Assembly: GCA_041393965.1 (NCBI GenBank)
Contig: JAWKJB010000002.1
Span: 339 to 64,338 of the forward strand
Length of the DNA: 64,000 bases
From: Acidimicrobiia bacterium
GTDB taxonomy: Bacteria > Actinomycetota > Acidimicrobiia > Spongiisociales > UBA5794
Reading direction: 5' to 3'
This document shows positions 28,569 to 38,833 of the stretch, piece after piece. The position numbers and the translations under genes were made by a program. The notes under the pieces are model-generated. The model worked only from the letters and a program-made list of their open reading frames with translations, ran no database searches and was not told the DNA's origin. Each line of letters opens with the position of its first letter. The stretch's first letter is position 1.

Positions 28569-31124
28569 TCAGGGGATCGTGACCTGTACGAAGCCGCCGT
28601 GGCAGGTGGAGAGATCCGTGAGCTGACAGTTCGCGTTTCCGACCGCATCGACGGCTCGTACGCGCACCTCGTACACCCCCAACGAACTGAAGGGGCCGAA
28701 CTTGTTCGTGTAGATCCCAGTTCGGTCTCGCAGCATCAGGCCCCAGAACACGAATGGGTTCTTTCCCGATCGGAAGAACACCGAGACGGTTCCGATCCCA
28801 CTCGGGTCGGTCACTGAGGCCGTGAGCATCGATACATCCGGGGGGTTCCCGTTCGTGAAGATGGTGGCCGGATCGGCCTGAAACCCGGACACCTTCGGGC
28901 CGGTCGTGTCAGGAGCGACCGAGGTGGTTGGTGCTGGCGCAGTGGTTGTCGTGGTCGGCGCGGCCGATGAGGTGGTCGTGGTGGATGGCTCGGGCGCCGT
29001 GGTCGGCGTCGCGGCGCTCGATGTGGTGGCGTAGGACCCCGTGGCGTCCCCGGGGTCCACTGTCGCATCGCCGGGGGGTTCGTCGCCGGGTGGGTCGGCT
29101 TCGGGGTCGAATCCGATCGAGTCCTGTCGCTCGAACAGCACCGGGCCCCCGACGGCGGGGGAGGGCTCGCTCATCGCTTCCTGCAACGCTTCAGATGCCG
29201 CGGTCGTCGGGACTCGGACTGTGGTCCACACGAAGAGCCCGGCCGAGGTGAGAGCGGCAATGGCGAGGAAGGATGCTCCCACTCTCGCATAGGCGGTTTG
29301 GGTCCAAAAGAGCCCGACCGCCGCAAGGCCCGCGAGGGCCGTTGCGCTCAAGAAGACCCATGGAGGCAGGAGCGGCTGGCAATCGAGGCAACCCGGTGGT
29401 TCGACACCGACGGCGAATCGGACGAGCCTGAACCGCACAGAGGGCTCGCCGCCACCGGTTGGTTCACCGTCGGATGCGACGATGCTGTGGTGTGTCGCCG
29501 TGTAGGTGCCAGGCTCGAGGCAGGACGACTCCGCGACCAGCCCCGCGGTTCGCACCTCGAGCGGGATACACATCTCGCCGGGGGCCTCCACCGCGACCGC
29601 TCGTGTCGGCACGGGCAGCGTGCGGAAACCTGAGGCCTCGACGAGGGACTGACCGGCAACATCGAGGGGCCACCAACCCAGCTCCCATCCGATCGCGGCC
29701 GTCAGCCCTTCGTAGCCGATCAGATAGGCGCCCCATGACACATCGAGGGTCTCGTGGCGCTCGAGGTCGAAGGAGTACTCGATCGCCACATTCCCGTTCA
29801 CCCCGGTCGATGTGATGATCTCTCCCGGCCGGGCATGGCAACGATCGGGATTGCCGAGAAACGCGACATAGTCGCCTCCGGACCGCCAGCCGACCGTGTC
29901 GAGATGCTGGTGAGGGTTGTACAACGAAAGATCCGAATCCTCTTCACCGACATAGAAGTAGCCCTGGGGAAGGCAGTCGGCCCATAGGTACTCCTCGATC
30001 GGGGCCGACGGGAGCAAGAACGCTGTCGTGGACATGGGCGGCGAGAAGGTGACGGATTCGTTGTTGCCGATGTGCCACACATCTTCCCGAGGGCAGGGAA
30101 TGTCGAAGACGGGCTGGCCCCCTGGCCCGGACGCGCCAAGGTTCTGAGGAGCGACGCGGATCGGGGCATCGATCCCATCGGCTGGCCAGCAGAACACCCC
30201 AAGACCAGACGAATCGCCGAGAAGCCACGGTCGCGCCATGATGAAGATGTCGCCGGGACCGATCGCGTCACCGTCGTGGAAGACCGTGATGCGATGGACT
30301 TTGAGGGTCCACAGATTGTTCCATCCCCCGCTTTGTGATACGAGATCAGCGTCATCGAGGGCATCCCCAAGACCGGACGGTCTGAAGCCGGAACTGGGAT
30401 CGATAAGGCGGTTGGACGGGTCGGCCTCGACATAGGTGATCTCAAGCGCTGCGGGAGCCCCTCCGTCCGATGCGGCGATCTCGAGCCCCGCGCCGTCGAA
30501 GTGGCCAGCCGGATCCCGGATCGTGAACGCGATGTCCAACCCGTTCTGCCAGCTGACACCACTTCGAACCGCCGTCAGGAGCTCCGTGACATCGATCGGA
30601 TAGACCTGGCCTTCAACCCAATCGGCGGGCACGGCAACCGCCCAGCCAACATCGTCGCCGAGATCCGTTCCCGAACACGCTGGCGCATTGCCGGAGTTGA
30701 TTTCGCCGGCTGGGGCCCTCGGCCCTGCGTACACGGTGAGCCAGCGGGTCGAACCGTAGGTAGTGACGGGCGCCGCTGCGGTGGCGTTCAGCGTGGCGTG
30801 ACTGATCGCCAGCTCTTCGGGGAACGCAACATTGCGAAACAGGAGGGAGGCCATCGCCTCGTCACCGCCGTTGGCCCCGATCGCAAGGTCGCTGGCTGTG
30901 GTGTTGAAAGCGGTGTTGCACGGGTAAGCCTCCCCAGACGCGGGACGGGTGACGGTGATGTCGTCGGCCGGGTGCGACACGTGATGTGTCGTTGTGAACC
31001 CGTCGCTCGTTGCACCCGCGGATGCCGACACGATCACCATCAAGACGACGAAGATCGTCCCGATGATGGCGGCCGTGACGAGTTGTCGGCCAGGGATGCA
31101 GATTGTGCGGTCCTGCAAGAACAT
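28569..31124 (-). CDS. Large membrane-anchored surface protein: N-terminal TM, ~600-aa extracellular region, two TM helices, Pro/Thr/Ser-rich linker, ~110-aa C-terminal domain shared with the 35965-36846 protein
   Basis: Start at the internal ATG 31124 (MFLQDRTICIPGRQLVTAAIIGTIFVVLMVIV). The C-terminal TGPKVS...ASVTDPSGIGTVSVFF...GIYTNKFGPF...VRAVDAVGN is paralogous to the C-terminus of the 35965-36846 protein. Confidence 0.6.
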   Translation of the reverse strand: MFLQDRTICIPGRQLVTAAIIGTIFVVLMVIVSASAGATSDGFTTTHHVSHPADDITVTRPASGEAYPCNTAFNTTASDLAIGANGGDEAMASLLFRNVAFPEELAISHATLNATAAAPVTTYGSTRWLTVYAGPRAPAGEINSGNAPACSGTDLGDDVGWAVAVPADWVEGQVYPIDVTELLTAVRSGVSWQNGLDIAFTIRDPAGHFDGAGLEIAASDGGAPAALEITYVEADPSNRLIDPSSGFRPSGLGDALDDADLVSQSGGWNNLWTLKVHRITVFHDGDAIGPGDIFIMARPWLLGDSSGLGVFCWPADGIDAPIRVAPQNLGASGPGGQPVFDIPCPREDVWHIGNNESVTFSPPMSTTAFLLPSAPIEEYLWADCLPQGYFYVGEEDSDLSLYNPHQHLDTVGWRSGGDYVAFLGNPDRCHARPGEIITSTGVNGNVAIEYSFDLERHETLDVSWGAYLIGYEGLTAAIGWELGWWPLDVAGQSLVEASGFRTLPVPTRAVAVEAPGEMCIPLEVRTAGLVAESSCLEPGTYTATHHSIVASDGEPTGGGEPSVRFRLVRFAVGVEPPGCLDCQPLLPPWVFLSATALAGLAAVGLFWTQTAYARVGASFLAIAALTSAGLFVWTTVRVPTTAASEALQEAMSEPSPAVGGPVLFERQDSIGFDPEADPPGDEPPGDATVDPGDATGSYATTSSAATPTTAPEPSTTTTSSAAPTTTTTAPAPTTSVAPDTTGPKVSGFQADPATIFTNGNPPDVSMLTASVTDPSGIGTVSVFFRSGKNPFVFWGLMLRDRTGIYTNKFGPFSSLGVYEVRVRAVDAVGNANCQLTDLSTCHGGFVQVTIP

Positions 31125-31257
31125 GGCAACATCCTGCCGGACGGGGGTTGCGAAAAGGTTACCGATCGTCCTCGGCCGGTGCGGTGCCAACGACGACGAC
31201 GGCGGGATGCTCGCTGCTCCAGCTGGGTAGATTGAGCCGGGAGACGGAAAGGACCGC

Positions 31258-32385
31258 ATGCGCCCACAAACAGTGGACGAGAACCTGTTCGATGGACTTG
31301 CCGCCCGCCGAGGGACTTCTTTGGTTTCTATCGTTATCCCAACCCACGAGCGGGGTCGCGAGGTCACCCAGGACCCGATCAGGTTCAAGAACCAGGTGTC
31401 GCGTATCGACGAAGAACTGGAATCCCTTGGATGGAGACGGCGCAAACGAGCCGCGCATCTCCAAGGCGCCAAGGACCTCGTCGACGACCGTGAGTTCTGG
31501 GAACACCAAGGGCCGGGTCTCGCGTTCTACCTTGCCGACGACGGTGCTTCGTGGGCGATCGCGCTGGGCCATCGGCCCGAGCCTGCATTCTGGATCATGC
31601 CGACATTCGCCGTTCGGCCGCTGCTGATGGAGCTCACCGCTGTCGAGTTGGATGCTCTCGCCTTGAGCCGCGGCTTGGTCGGCCTCTACACGGTTTCGGC
31701 CCGGTCGGTGCGCCGTGTCGATGCCGACCTACCGGCCTCGTTCGATGATGTGAACTGGTTCGTGGATCGCGAGACCCAGCGGCAACAGCACCCCGACCGT
31801 GTCGGATCCGATCGGAATCGCCACGGTCACGATCCCAGATCCCAGGAGCACGAGGATCTCGCCCGATTCCTCCGCGAGGTGGACCGCGCCTTGCCTCCCG
31901 GCCCGCGAGAGCTGCCCCTCGTCGTCCTCGGTGACGACGACCTCGTCGCTCGATTCGCGAACATCACGGATCGTGATACGACAAGTCCGAACCGCAGCGG
32001 GTTTCCGACCTCGGTGTCTGATGAGCAGATTCGCGACATGGCGAAACCGATCGTCGAGGACGCCGAACAGGAACGCACGAACCGGTTCATCACCAAGGCA
32101 GTGGATCGAGCGGGCAGCGGGCAGGGAACCAGCCAGATCACCGAAGCCATCCGGGCCGCCCTGTCAGGTCGGGTCGAGCTGCTGATCACCGACATCGGCG
32201 CCGACCCGATCTGGGGGCGCATCGATGAGGCAACGCACCGTGTCACCGTGACCGAGGACCGGGGCGCCGACGATGTGGATCTCCTCGATCGACTGGTTGT
32301 GCTCACCACAAGCAACGGAGGCGATGTGTACGGTGTCATGGATGCCGTCGACGGACACCCGTTCATCGCGACCTACCGCTACTGA
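31258..32385 (+). CDS. Conserved hypothetical protein (possible eRF1/Dom34-like fold; speculative)
   Basis: 375-aa ORF with good protein-like composition; no diagnostic motif recognised. Confidence 0.45.
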   Translation: MRPQTVDENLFDGLAARRGTSLVSIVIPTHERGREVTQDPIRFKNQVSRIDEELESLGWRRRKRAAHLQGAKDLVDDREFWEHQGPGLAFYLADDGASWAIALGHRPEPAFWIMPTFAVRPLLMELTAVELDALALSRGLVGLYTVSARSVRRVDADLPASFDDVNWFVDRETQRQQHPDRVGSDRNRHGHDPRSQEHEDLARFLREVDRALPPGPRELPLVVLGDDDLVARFANITDRDTTSPNRSGFPTSVSDEQIRDMAKPIVEDAEQERTNRFITKAVDRAGSGQGTSQITEAIRAALSGRVELLITDIGADPIWGRIDEATHRVTVTEDRGADDVDLLDRLVVLTTSNGGDVYGVMDAVDGHPFIATYRY

Positions 32386-32416
32386 ACACCATTGAGAACA
32401 GGACGCGCAGCACCGT

Positions 32417-33679
32417 TTGGCACTGGACCCGATGTTGTCGCCTGAAGTGCTCCCCGGGGCCTCGCTCGTGTTGGCGGTTGTGCTTGCCGTCTTCCTTGCG
32501 GCCGCAGAGGCGTCCCTGCTGCGAATCACGCCCGTGCGGGCTCGAACCATCGCCGAAACGGGGGACAAGAGGGCTGTCCGTCTCGTCGATCTCGTCGAGC
32601 GACTCCCGGAAGTACTCAACCTGATCCTGCTCCTCGCACTCTTGTCCCAAATCGGGGCTGCCACCATTGCCGGGGTGCTCGGCCAGAGGATGTTCGGCAG
32701 TGTGGGGGTCACGGTTGCGTCGGTTGTCCTCACCGTCTTCCTCTTCATCTACGGGGAGGCGATCCCGAAGACCTACGCCATTCGCCATGTGGAGCGGACC
32801 GCATTGTTTGTAGCCCGACCCGTTGCCATCGCCGAGCGTCTTTTCCGCCCATTGGTGCGGCTGCTGGTTTGGATCGCCGACATCCAGCTCCCCGGCAAAG
32901 GGATCACCACAACGGCAACCGTGACCGAGGACGAACTGAGGCTTCTGGCCATCGAAGCCGCAGAAGAGGGAGAGATCACATCGACCGACAGGGACTTGAT
33001 CGATCGGGTGTTCCGTTTCGGCGACCGCCGCGTCGACGACATCATGATCCCACGACCCGACATCGTGGCCGTGAGCGTGGAAGCATCCCTCGATGATGCT
33101 CTCGACATTGCCCTTCGAGCAGGACATCGTCGCCTTCCCGTCTATGAAACCGACCTCGATGAGATCACTGGCGTGGTGCGCATGCGCGATTTGGTGTCGG
33201 CGCGCGACCGCGGCGAGACGAACCTTCGGTCCGTTACGCGTCCACCCCTGATCGTTCCGGAATCCAAGCGGGTCAGCCGCCTGCTCACCGAGATGCAGGA
33301 ACTCAACAACCATATGGCGATGGTCATCGACGAATACGGGGTGACCGTCGGGCTCGTCACCGTCGAAGATGCCGTCGAGAGCCTCGTCGGCAGCATCACC
33401 GACACGACCGAAGCATCCGACATCATCGAAGAGAGCCACGGCCGTTGGCATGCGTCTGGCTCCGCGCCGGTGGAGGATCTCGCCGAGGCGTTGGAGGCCG
33501 AACTCCCGGAGGGGGACTGGAACACGGTGGCTGGCCTCATGCTCGGCGTGGCAGGCAAACTCCTCGAGCCGGGTGACCATGTCGAGATCGCAGGGTTCGA
33601 CTTTCGGGTGCGCTCGGTCCGGGGCCGGAGGATCACCAGCATCGACATCCGGGCGCCGTCGCTTCCGACCGAACGGTGA
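32417..33679 (+). CDS. HlyC/CorC-family transporter (DUF21/CNNM TM domain + CBS pair + CorC_HlyC)
   Basis: 4-TM N-terminus, tandem CBS region, C-terminal transporter-associated domain. Confidence 0.75.
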   Translation: MALDPMLSPEVLPGASLVLAVVLAVFLAAAEASLLRITPVRARTIAETGDKRAVRLVDLVERLPEVLNLILLLALLSQIGAATIAGVLGQRMFGSVGVTVASVVLTVFLFIYGEAIPKTYAIRHVERTALFVARPVAIAERLFRPLVRLLVWIADIQLPGKGITTTATVTEDELRLLAIEAAEEGEITSTDRDLIDRVFRFGDRRVDDIMIPRPDIVAVSVEASLDDALDIALRAGHRRLPVYETDLDEITGVVRMRDLVSARDRGETNLRSVTRPPLIVPESKRVSRLLTEMQELNNHMAMVIDEYGVTVGLVTVEDAVESLVGSITDTTEASDIIEESHGRWHASGSAPVEDLAEALEAELPEGDWNTVAGLMLGVAGKLLEPGDHVEIAGFDFRVRSVRGRRITSIDIRAPSLPTER

Positions 33680-33716
33680 GATGGGCCCGGATCCCGCCCG
33701 GGCGTACACTCTCGCC

Positions 33717-34154
33717 ATGACCTCGACCTCCACGAGCAGTGTTTGGCCGCATCTCGCGTATCGTGATGTCACAGCCGCGGTTGCGTTCCTCCACGACGCG
33801 TTCGGCTTCGTGAACACCGCGATGCACACCGCCGATGGAGACGATGCCGTGGTCAAACACGCGGAGATGCGCCTGCCCGAAGGAGGCGGCATCATGATCG
33901 CGACCGTTGGGAGGGACGACTCGGCATTTGGTCGCCGGGTTCCCGGCAACGACTCCGTCTATGTCGCATGCGACGATCCCGATGCCGTCTTCGAGCGCGC
34001 CGTGGCTGCGGGAGCGGTCGTCGTGCAAGAACCGATCGATGAGAAGCACGGTTGGCGAGGATTCACCGTTCGTGATCCTGAGGGGACCCTGTGGAGTTTC
34101 GGAACGCACCAGGGAGCGCGGGATGACGATTTCGGTGTCGAGCACCCAGCCTGA
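33717..34154 (+). CDS. VOC-family (glyoxalase/bleomycin-resistance) protein
   Basis: WPHLAYRDVTAAVAFLHDAFGF...EMRLPEGG...GFTVRDPEGTLWSF pattern; start at the internal ATG. Confidence 0.6.
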   Translation: MTSTSTSSVWPHLAYRDVTAAVAFLHDAFGFVNTAMHTADGDDAVVKHAEMRLPEGGGIMIATVGRDDSAFGRRVPGNDSVYVACDDPDAVFERAVAAGAVVVQEPIDEKHGWRGFTVRDPEGTLWSFGTHQGARDDDFGVEHPA

Positions 34155-34914
34155 CCATTCGAACGGTGGACCGCCGCTCGTGTTCGTTCACGGTGCATGG
34201 CACGCGGGCTGGTGCTGGGATCCCTTCGTCGGGTTCTTCACCGAGCTCGGCTACCACACGCACGCGCTGGATCTTCAGGGCCATGGGGATTCGCCTGGCA
34301 ACCTTCGTTGGTCACGCATTTCGGACTATGTCGGCAATGTGGCGGAGGTGGTCGCGTCGCTCGACACCGCACCGGTTCTCGTCGGGCACTCGATGGGCGG
34401 GCTCATCGTCCAGCACTACCTCGCTGCCAACGGTGTGAGAGCCGGAGTGCTCGTCGCCCCGGTCCCCACGAGGGGAGCGATCGGTGCGACTTGGCGGGCC
34501 GCTCGCCGACATCCGCTGGCGTTCCTGCGCTCGAACCTGACCTTCTCACTCGGCCCTATGGTCGACGATCCCGACCGTGCCGCCGGTCTCCTGTTCGGCC
34601 CCAACGCCGATCCGGGGGTCGTCGCGGCGACCGTTGAGCGTCTCGGTTCCGAGTCGTACCCGGCGTATCTCGACATGATCTTCCGCCGCCCGAAACCCCA
34701 ACTGGTCACCGATCCCGTCCTCGTGCTCGGCGCCACCGAGGATGCTCTGTTTTCGGTAGCGGAGATCCGAGCGACCGCGAAACGCTACGGGACCGAAGCG
34801 GTCTTGTTCGACGGCATGGGACACGACATGATGCTCGATGCCGGCTGGCAGGAACCGGCCCAGGTGGTTGCCGACTGGCTTGCGGGCCTTCCGGACGCGG
34901 ACCCAGGACGGTGA
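34123..34914 (+). CDS. Alpha/beta hydrolase
   Basis: LVFVHGAWHAGWCW, GHSMGG nucleophile elbow; start at the internal ATG with a GGGAG SD. Confidence 0.7.
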   Translation: MTISVSSTQPDHSNGGPPLVFVHGAWHAGWCWDPFVGFFTELGYHTHALDLQGHGDSPGNLRWSRISDYVGNVAEVVASLDTAPVLVGHSMGGLIVQHYLAANGVRAGVLVAPVPTRGAIGATWRAARRHPLAFLRSNLTFSLGPMVDDPDRAAGLLFGPNADPGVVAATVERLGSESYPAYLDMIFRRPKPQLVTDPVLVLGATEDALFSVAEIRATAKRYGTEAVLFDGMGHDMMLDAGWQEPAQVVADWLAGLPDADPGR

Positions 34915-34979
34915 GGCCGCCGTCCGAGCATCGAGGTCGACGCCGTATCCTCAGGCATCGGCGATCATGAGGAAGGGCC

Positions 34980-35288
34980 ATGGGCGAGAGCGGCTCCGGT
35001 GGAGCAATCCAGGTGAGCTATATCGAGACCGACATCGACTGCCACAGCTGCTTCGACGAGGTGCGGCACGGGTTGGCCGCCATCCCCGAGGTCGAAGGCG
35101 TCGAAGCCGACATGGCAGCTGGGTGCTTCGTGGTCACGCACCGGACCGATGCCGAACACCTGCTTCCGGTCGTCACCGAACTCGGGCACCGTATCGCTGT
35201 CGGGGACAACGGTGAGCTCGTGATGAGCCGTGCCACGGCGGTGACAGCACCCGGGTGCACCCGCCACCACGCAAACCCGGACCACTGA
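34980..35288 (+). CDS. Small CxxC protein (HMA-like metal-binding candidate)
   Basis: CHSC motif near the N-terminus plus ferredoxin-like beta-alpha-beta spacing. Confidence 0.35.
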   Translation: MGESGSGGAIQVSYIETDIDCHSCFDEVRHGLAAIPEVEGVEADMAAGCFVVTHRTDAEHLLPVVTELGHRIAVGDNGELVMSRATAVTAPGCTRHHANPDH

Positions 35289-35298
35289 ACCCGATCCG

Positions 35299-35931
35299 AT
35301 GCTGTCGCCGAGGCTCGCCCGCATCATTGCCCTTGCGCTGCTCGGGACCTCGTTTGCCTGCGTGTTCCTCGCTCCGCTGGCAATGCCAAGCGGCTACTCG
35401 GTGCTTGAGCACTCGATCAGCGAGTCGGCAGCACAGGGCCTCACGAATGCATGGATTGCCCGGGTCGGGTTCGTCAGCTTCGGACTCTCGGTGATCCTGC
35501 TTGCGGCCACCCAAGCAGTGCGGTGGTCGAGGTGGGGACAGGTCGCCCACGGCATTTTCGGCGTGTCGATGCTCGCGGTGGCGGTGTTCTCGCACAAGCC
35601 CTTCGCTAATGGCCCCTTCGACGCGTTTGAAGACTCGCTGCACTCGATCGGGGCGTCGGTGGTGGGTGTCGCCTTCATCGTTGGCGTCCTTCTGGTGATC
35701 GTCGCAGGTGGGCCCGTGAGCCGGTCGCGTCGCGTCTTCGACTGGTTTGCGGTAGCGGTGGCTCTCGTCGCCCCGCCTCTGATGCTCGTCGCCCCGAGCT
35801 TGGCCGGGGCGTTCCAGCGAGCCATGTTCGGTGTCGCCTACCTGTGGTACGCGGTTGAAGCGATGACGGTCACCGACCGGGGTGTCCGGGAGGCGCGTCC
35901 GGGAGACGCGGGATCACTGCGGCACTTGTGA
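35299..35931 (+). CDS. DUF998-family membrane protein
   Basis: 6 TM helices with conserved HS.SE...NAW..R pattern. Confidence 0.55.
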   Translation: MLSPRLARIIALALLGTSFACVFLAPLAMPSGYSVLEHSISESAAQGLTNAWIARVGFVSFGLSVILLAATQAVRWSRWGQVAHGIFGVSMLAVAVFSHKPFANGPFDAFEDSLHSIGASVVGVAFIVGVLLVIVAGGPVSRSRRVFDWFAVAVALVAPPLMLVAPSLAGAFQRAMFGVAYLWYAVEAMTVTDRGVREARPGDAGSLRHL

Positions 35932-35964
35932 CCGCCATGATTTGGTAAGTACACTATTGAGGTC

Positions 35965-36846
35965 ATGATGTCCGTGAAGGCGGCGCTGTTCGTTGGCGCA
36001 GCTGTCATCGTTGGTGGGGCTGCTGTGGGGGTCGCCGCCGACCAAACCGGCGCCCTCTCTCCGCTTCCCGAACCGAGTGTCTCGGCTCACCTCGACGAGG
36101 TTCCCTACCTGGAGTGCCCTGACGGGGATCGACTCGGCGAACTGCACCGGGGAGATCGGGTGTTCGCAACGGGACGAACCGACGACCTCGCGTGGTTGGA
36201 GGTCCGCGCCCCGTACGATGTGGCAACCGGCGTGTGGGTGGAGGCGGCCTGGCTGACACCCGACGCCGACCTCGACGCCCTCCCGGTGGTGTCCTGCCAA
36301 ACGGATACCGCGCCTGCGCCGACCACGACGACTACGACGAGACCCCTCGCTCCTTCGACCACCCTTGCTGGGGCGACCACCTCAACCACGATCGGGCCGA
36401 CCTCGACCACGAACGCTCCGACCTCGACCACGAACGCTCCGACCACCACCAGTACCACCGCCACGACGACCACGACAACCACCGTGCCCGACACCACCGG
36501 ACCGACGATTTCGAACCTTGCATCCGAAGAAGCCCAGATCTGGGAGGAAGCCAATTACGGGGGATGCCCGACCCAAGTTCACACGACGATCATCAGCGCG
36601 TCGGTGAGCGACCCGTCCGGTGTCGGCACCGTGATCCTCGGATGGGAGGTTGGCTCGGCGAGTGGGAGCACACCGATGGGACATGTGGGAAGTATCTACA
36701 CGGCTGAACTCGGGCCGTTCGACGACACCACCGTGAGTGCCGATGAACCGATCTACCTATCGGTGACTGCCCATGACACCGTCGGCAACCCGACCATGGT
36801 CGACTCGATCGACCTTGTCGTCTTGAGAAACTGCACGATCGCATGA
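35965..36846 (+). CDS. Secreted protein with signal peptide, Thr-rich linker and the same C-terminal ~110-aa domain as the 28569-31124 protein
   Basis: PDTTGPTIS...ASVSDPSGVGTV...SIYTAELGPF...VTAHDTVGN aligns to the large protein's C-terminus. Confidence 0.6.
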   Translation: MMSVKAALFVGAAVIVGGAAVGVAADQTGALSPLPEPSVSAHLDEVPYLECPDGDRLGELHRGDRVFATGRTDDLAWLEVRAPYDVATGVWVEAAWLTPDADLDALPVVSCQTDTAPAPTTTTTTRPLAPSTTLAGATTSTTIGPTSTTNAPTSTTNAPTTTSTTATTTTTTTVPDTTGPTISNLASEEAQIWEEANYGGCPTQVHTTIISASVSDPSGVGTVILGWEVGSASGSTPMGHVGSIYTAELGPFDDTTVSADEPIYLSVTAHDTVGNPTMVDSIDLVVLRNCTIA

Positions 36847-38732
36847 CGATGTCCTTGCGATCGATCGCTCTGTTCGGACTGCTCGCCATTTCAGGTTTCG
36901 CAGCGGGCCTGCTGATTTCGGACGCTCTCATGGACGATCCCGTGGTCACGCTCCCCGAACCGGCGCAGTACTACCCGATTCCTCAGATCGCCGTTGCCGC
37001 TGAGCCGGTGGCCGACGGGGATCCCGGCGGTGTGATCGGGCCGGTGGAGGTTCCCGCCCCCGCCCCGCTGTTCGAAGAATCGATCCCGGTCTACCCGACG
37101 ATCTACGAAGAGGACGGAACGCCCGTTCCCGATCTCCCGCCAAGCTTGCCGGGCGGCGCCTCATCGACAAGCACCACGACAACAGAGCCTGCCACCACGA
37201 CGACAACGGGGGCCGCCACCACGACGACGCTCACCCAAACGGGGCCTTCACCACCGGCGGCAGGACCCGCAGGAGCGACCGTCACCATCGCTCGGTTCAC
37301 CGACCTATGCGCAAGCAGCCTGACGCCTGCCTGTCCTCCCGGCGTCGGCGCCCTCGTGCTATACGGTGCGGACGGGCCAAAGCCGCCGCCATTGGCGATC
37401 GAGATCGTTCCTGACGCCGATGCCAGCGTGCTGGTGGGGCTGCGATGCGACCCCGGGTGGCCGTCGGGCACCGAGATCCCGGTGGTGCTGTTCAGCAACC
37501 GTCCCTTCAGCCTCCTGCATGTCAGGCTCAAGGCCGCGGACGGCTCCGAACTCGACGCCGTCGTCAACACCAAGTCGGAACCCTCCGAGCACGCGGCATA
37601 CGACACCCGAGTCAAGATGGGAAAGCCGCTCCACCCGACGCTTGCCGAAGGGGCACACACCTGTGTCACGCTTCGAACGGACAAGAAAGGGAAGCCTCCG
37701 GACCGGAATGGCCCGTTCGAAGTCTCCGTCCTTGGATACACGAACGACGACACCGAGTCAAAGTCGGTGCGCTTCACCGGCCACTACACGGCACAGCGGC
37801 CACCCGTGCGAATCTTCCCCCTCGACGCACACCGTGCCTATGTCGTTGTGCCTCAGCGAGCCAACGACACCGTCAATGTGTGGGCATACGATCAGCGCGA
37901 AGCCGAGTCGGTTGGCCGGTACGACGCGGGATGCAGCCTGCCGCCGGCGGACACGACCGGTGCTCTTGCACTGCGTCGCTCCCCGCTCAAGGGTCCGACA
38001 CCGGTTGCGACCGGCACAGCCGGCTATCCGTGGGACCGCGACTACAACCGTCAGACGATATGGGATCTCGAACTGCGAGACGCCACCCGGTACACGCTGT
38101 GTGTCAATCACCTCCCTGACGACGAAACCGAAGAGTGGGTGATCGAGACGGCGAACGACCTCGAACTCGATGTGTACGGCGGAGCCCTCCGCCACACGAA
38201 GACTGCGGTCGCCGGCACGCTGCTCGTCCACCTCCTCGGGGTTCCTCATTGCTTTGTCGCAAGCCCCGATGTGCGCCAAGGTGATGGCCGCACCCCGTTC
38301 CCGGATGTGACGGTCTACGGCGACGGAACCTATCCGTGGGGAAGGGGTGCCGACATGTGCCACAGCGCTGGCTGGAGGATCGGGCCGACGATCGAGCTCC
38401 GGGCGTTGTTCCCCGACGGCACAAACAAGGTGTATGGCACGATCGCCGTCCCAACCGCGACGCTCAAGGCGCACTGTCTCCGGGACCTGTCACAGCAACC
38501 ACCGACCGGTCAGCCATGCGAGCAGCATCTCGAGTGGCGCAACCAGAACATCCTCTGTGGGGGAGGGTTCGGCACGCCGAGCTGCAAAGGTGATCTGTTC
38601 TTCAGCCTCGAAGTCTCGATGTGGATGTCCGACGGGCGAACCAACAACCGTACCAACCCGACGGATTGGGGCATCTCATACATCGCGCACGCCGCCGACC
38701 CGCCCGACACGGTGCCGTTGCCATCGGGTTGA
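36843..38732 (+). CDS. Secreted/anchored cysteine-rich protein with N-terminal signal anchor and Thr-rich linker; translationally coupled (ATGA) to the upstream gene
   Basis: 629 aa; ~14 Cys in the globular part; no recognisable catalytic motif. Confidence 0.55.
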   Translation: MTMSLRSIALFGLLAISGFAAGLLISDALMDDPVVTLPEPAQYYPIPQIAVAAEPVADGDPGGVIGPVEVPAPAPLFEESIPVYPTIYEEDGTPVPDLPPSLPGGASSTSTTTTEPATTTTTGAATTTTLTQTGPSPPAAGPAGATVTIARFTDLCASSLTPACPPGVGALVLYGADGPKPPPLAIEIVPDADASVLVGLRCDPGWPSGTEIPVVLFSNRPFSLLHVRLKAADGSELDAVVNTKSEPSEHAAYDTRVKMGKPLHPTLAEGAHTCVTLRTDKKGKPPDRNGPFEVSVLGYTNDDTESKSVRFTGHYTAQRPPVRIFPLDAHRAYVVVPQRANDTVNVWAYDQREAESVGRYDAGCSLPPADTTGALALRRSPLKGPTPVATGTAGYPWDRDYNRQTIWDLELRDATRYTLCVNHLPDDETEEWVIETANDLELDVYGGALRHTKTAVAGTLLVHLLGVPHCFVASPDVRQGDGRTPFPDVTVYGDGTYPWGRGADMCHSAGWRIGPTIELRALFPDGTNKVYGTIAVPTATLKAHCLRDLSQQPPTGQPCEQHLEWRNQNILCGGGFGTPSCKGDLFFSLEVSMWMSDGRTNNRTNPTDWGISYIAHAADPPDTVPLPSG

Positions 38733-38833
38733 CCGACGGGTGGTTTGGTCCCGCCGGGTTGGCTGCCCGCCGATAGGATGGGTCGCGGATGAAGCGGTGG
38801 CATGTCCCGGCGCACCATGGGAGGGCCCTGATC

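Noticed and set aside
35993-36707. Several overlapping ORFs (35993-36256, 36192-36707, 36365-36607) inside the secreted-protein gene
   Set aside because: Arg/His-rich alternative-frame translations of the Thr-codon (ACC/ACG)-rich linker region; the + frame 35965-36846 has a signal peptide and a conserved C-terminal domain.
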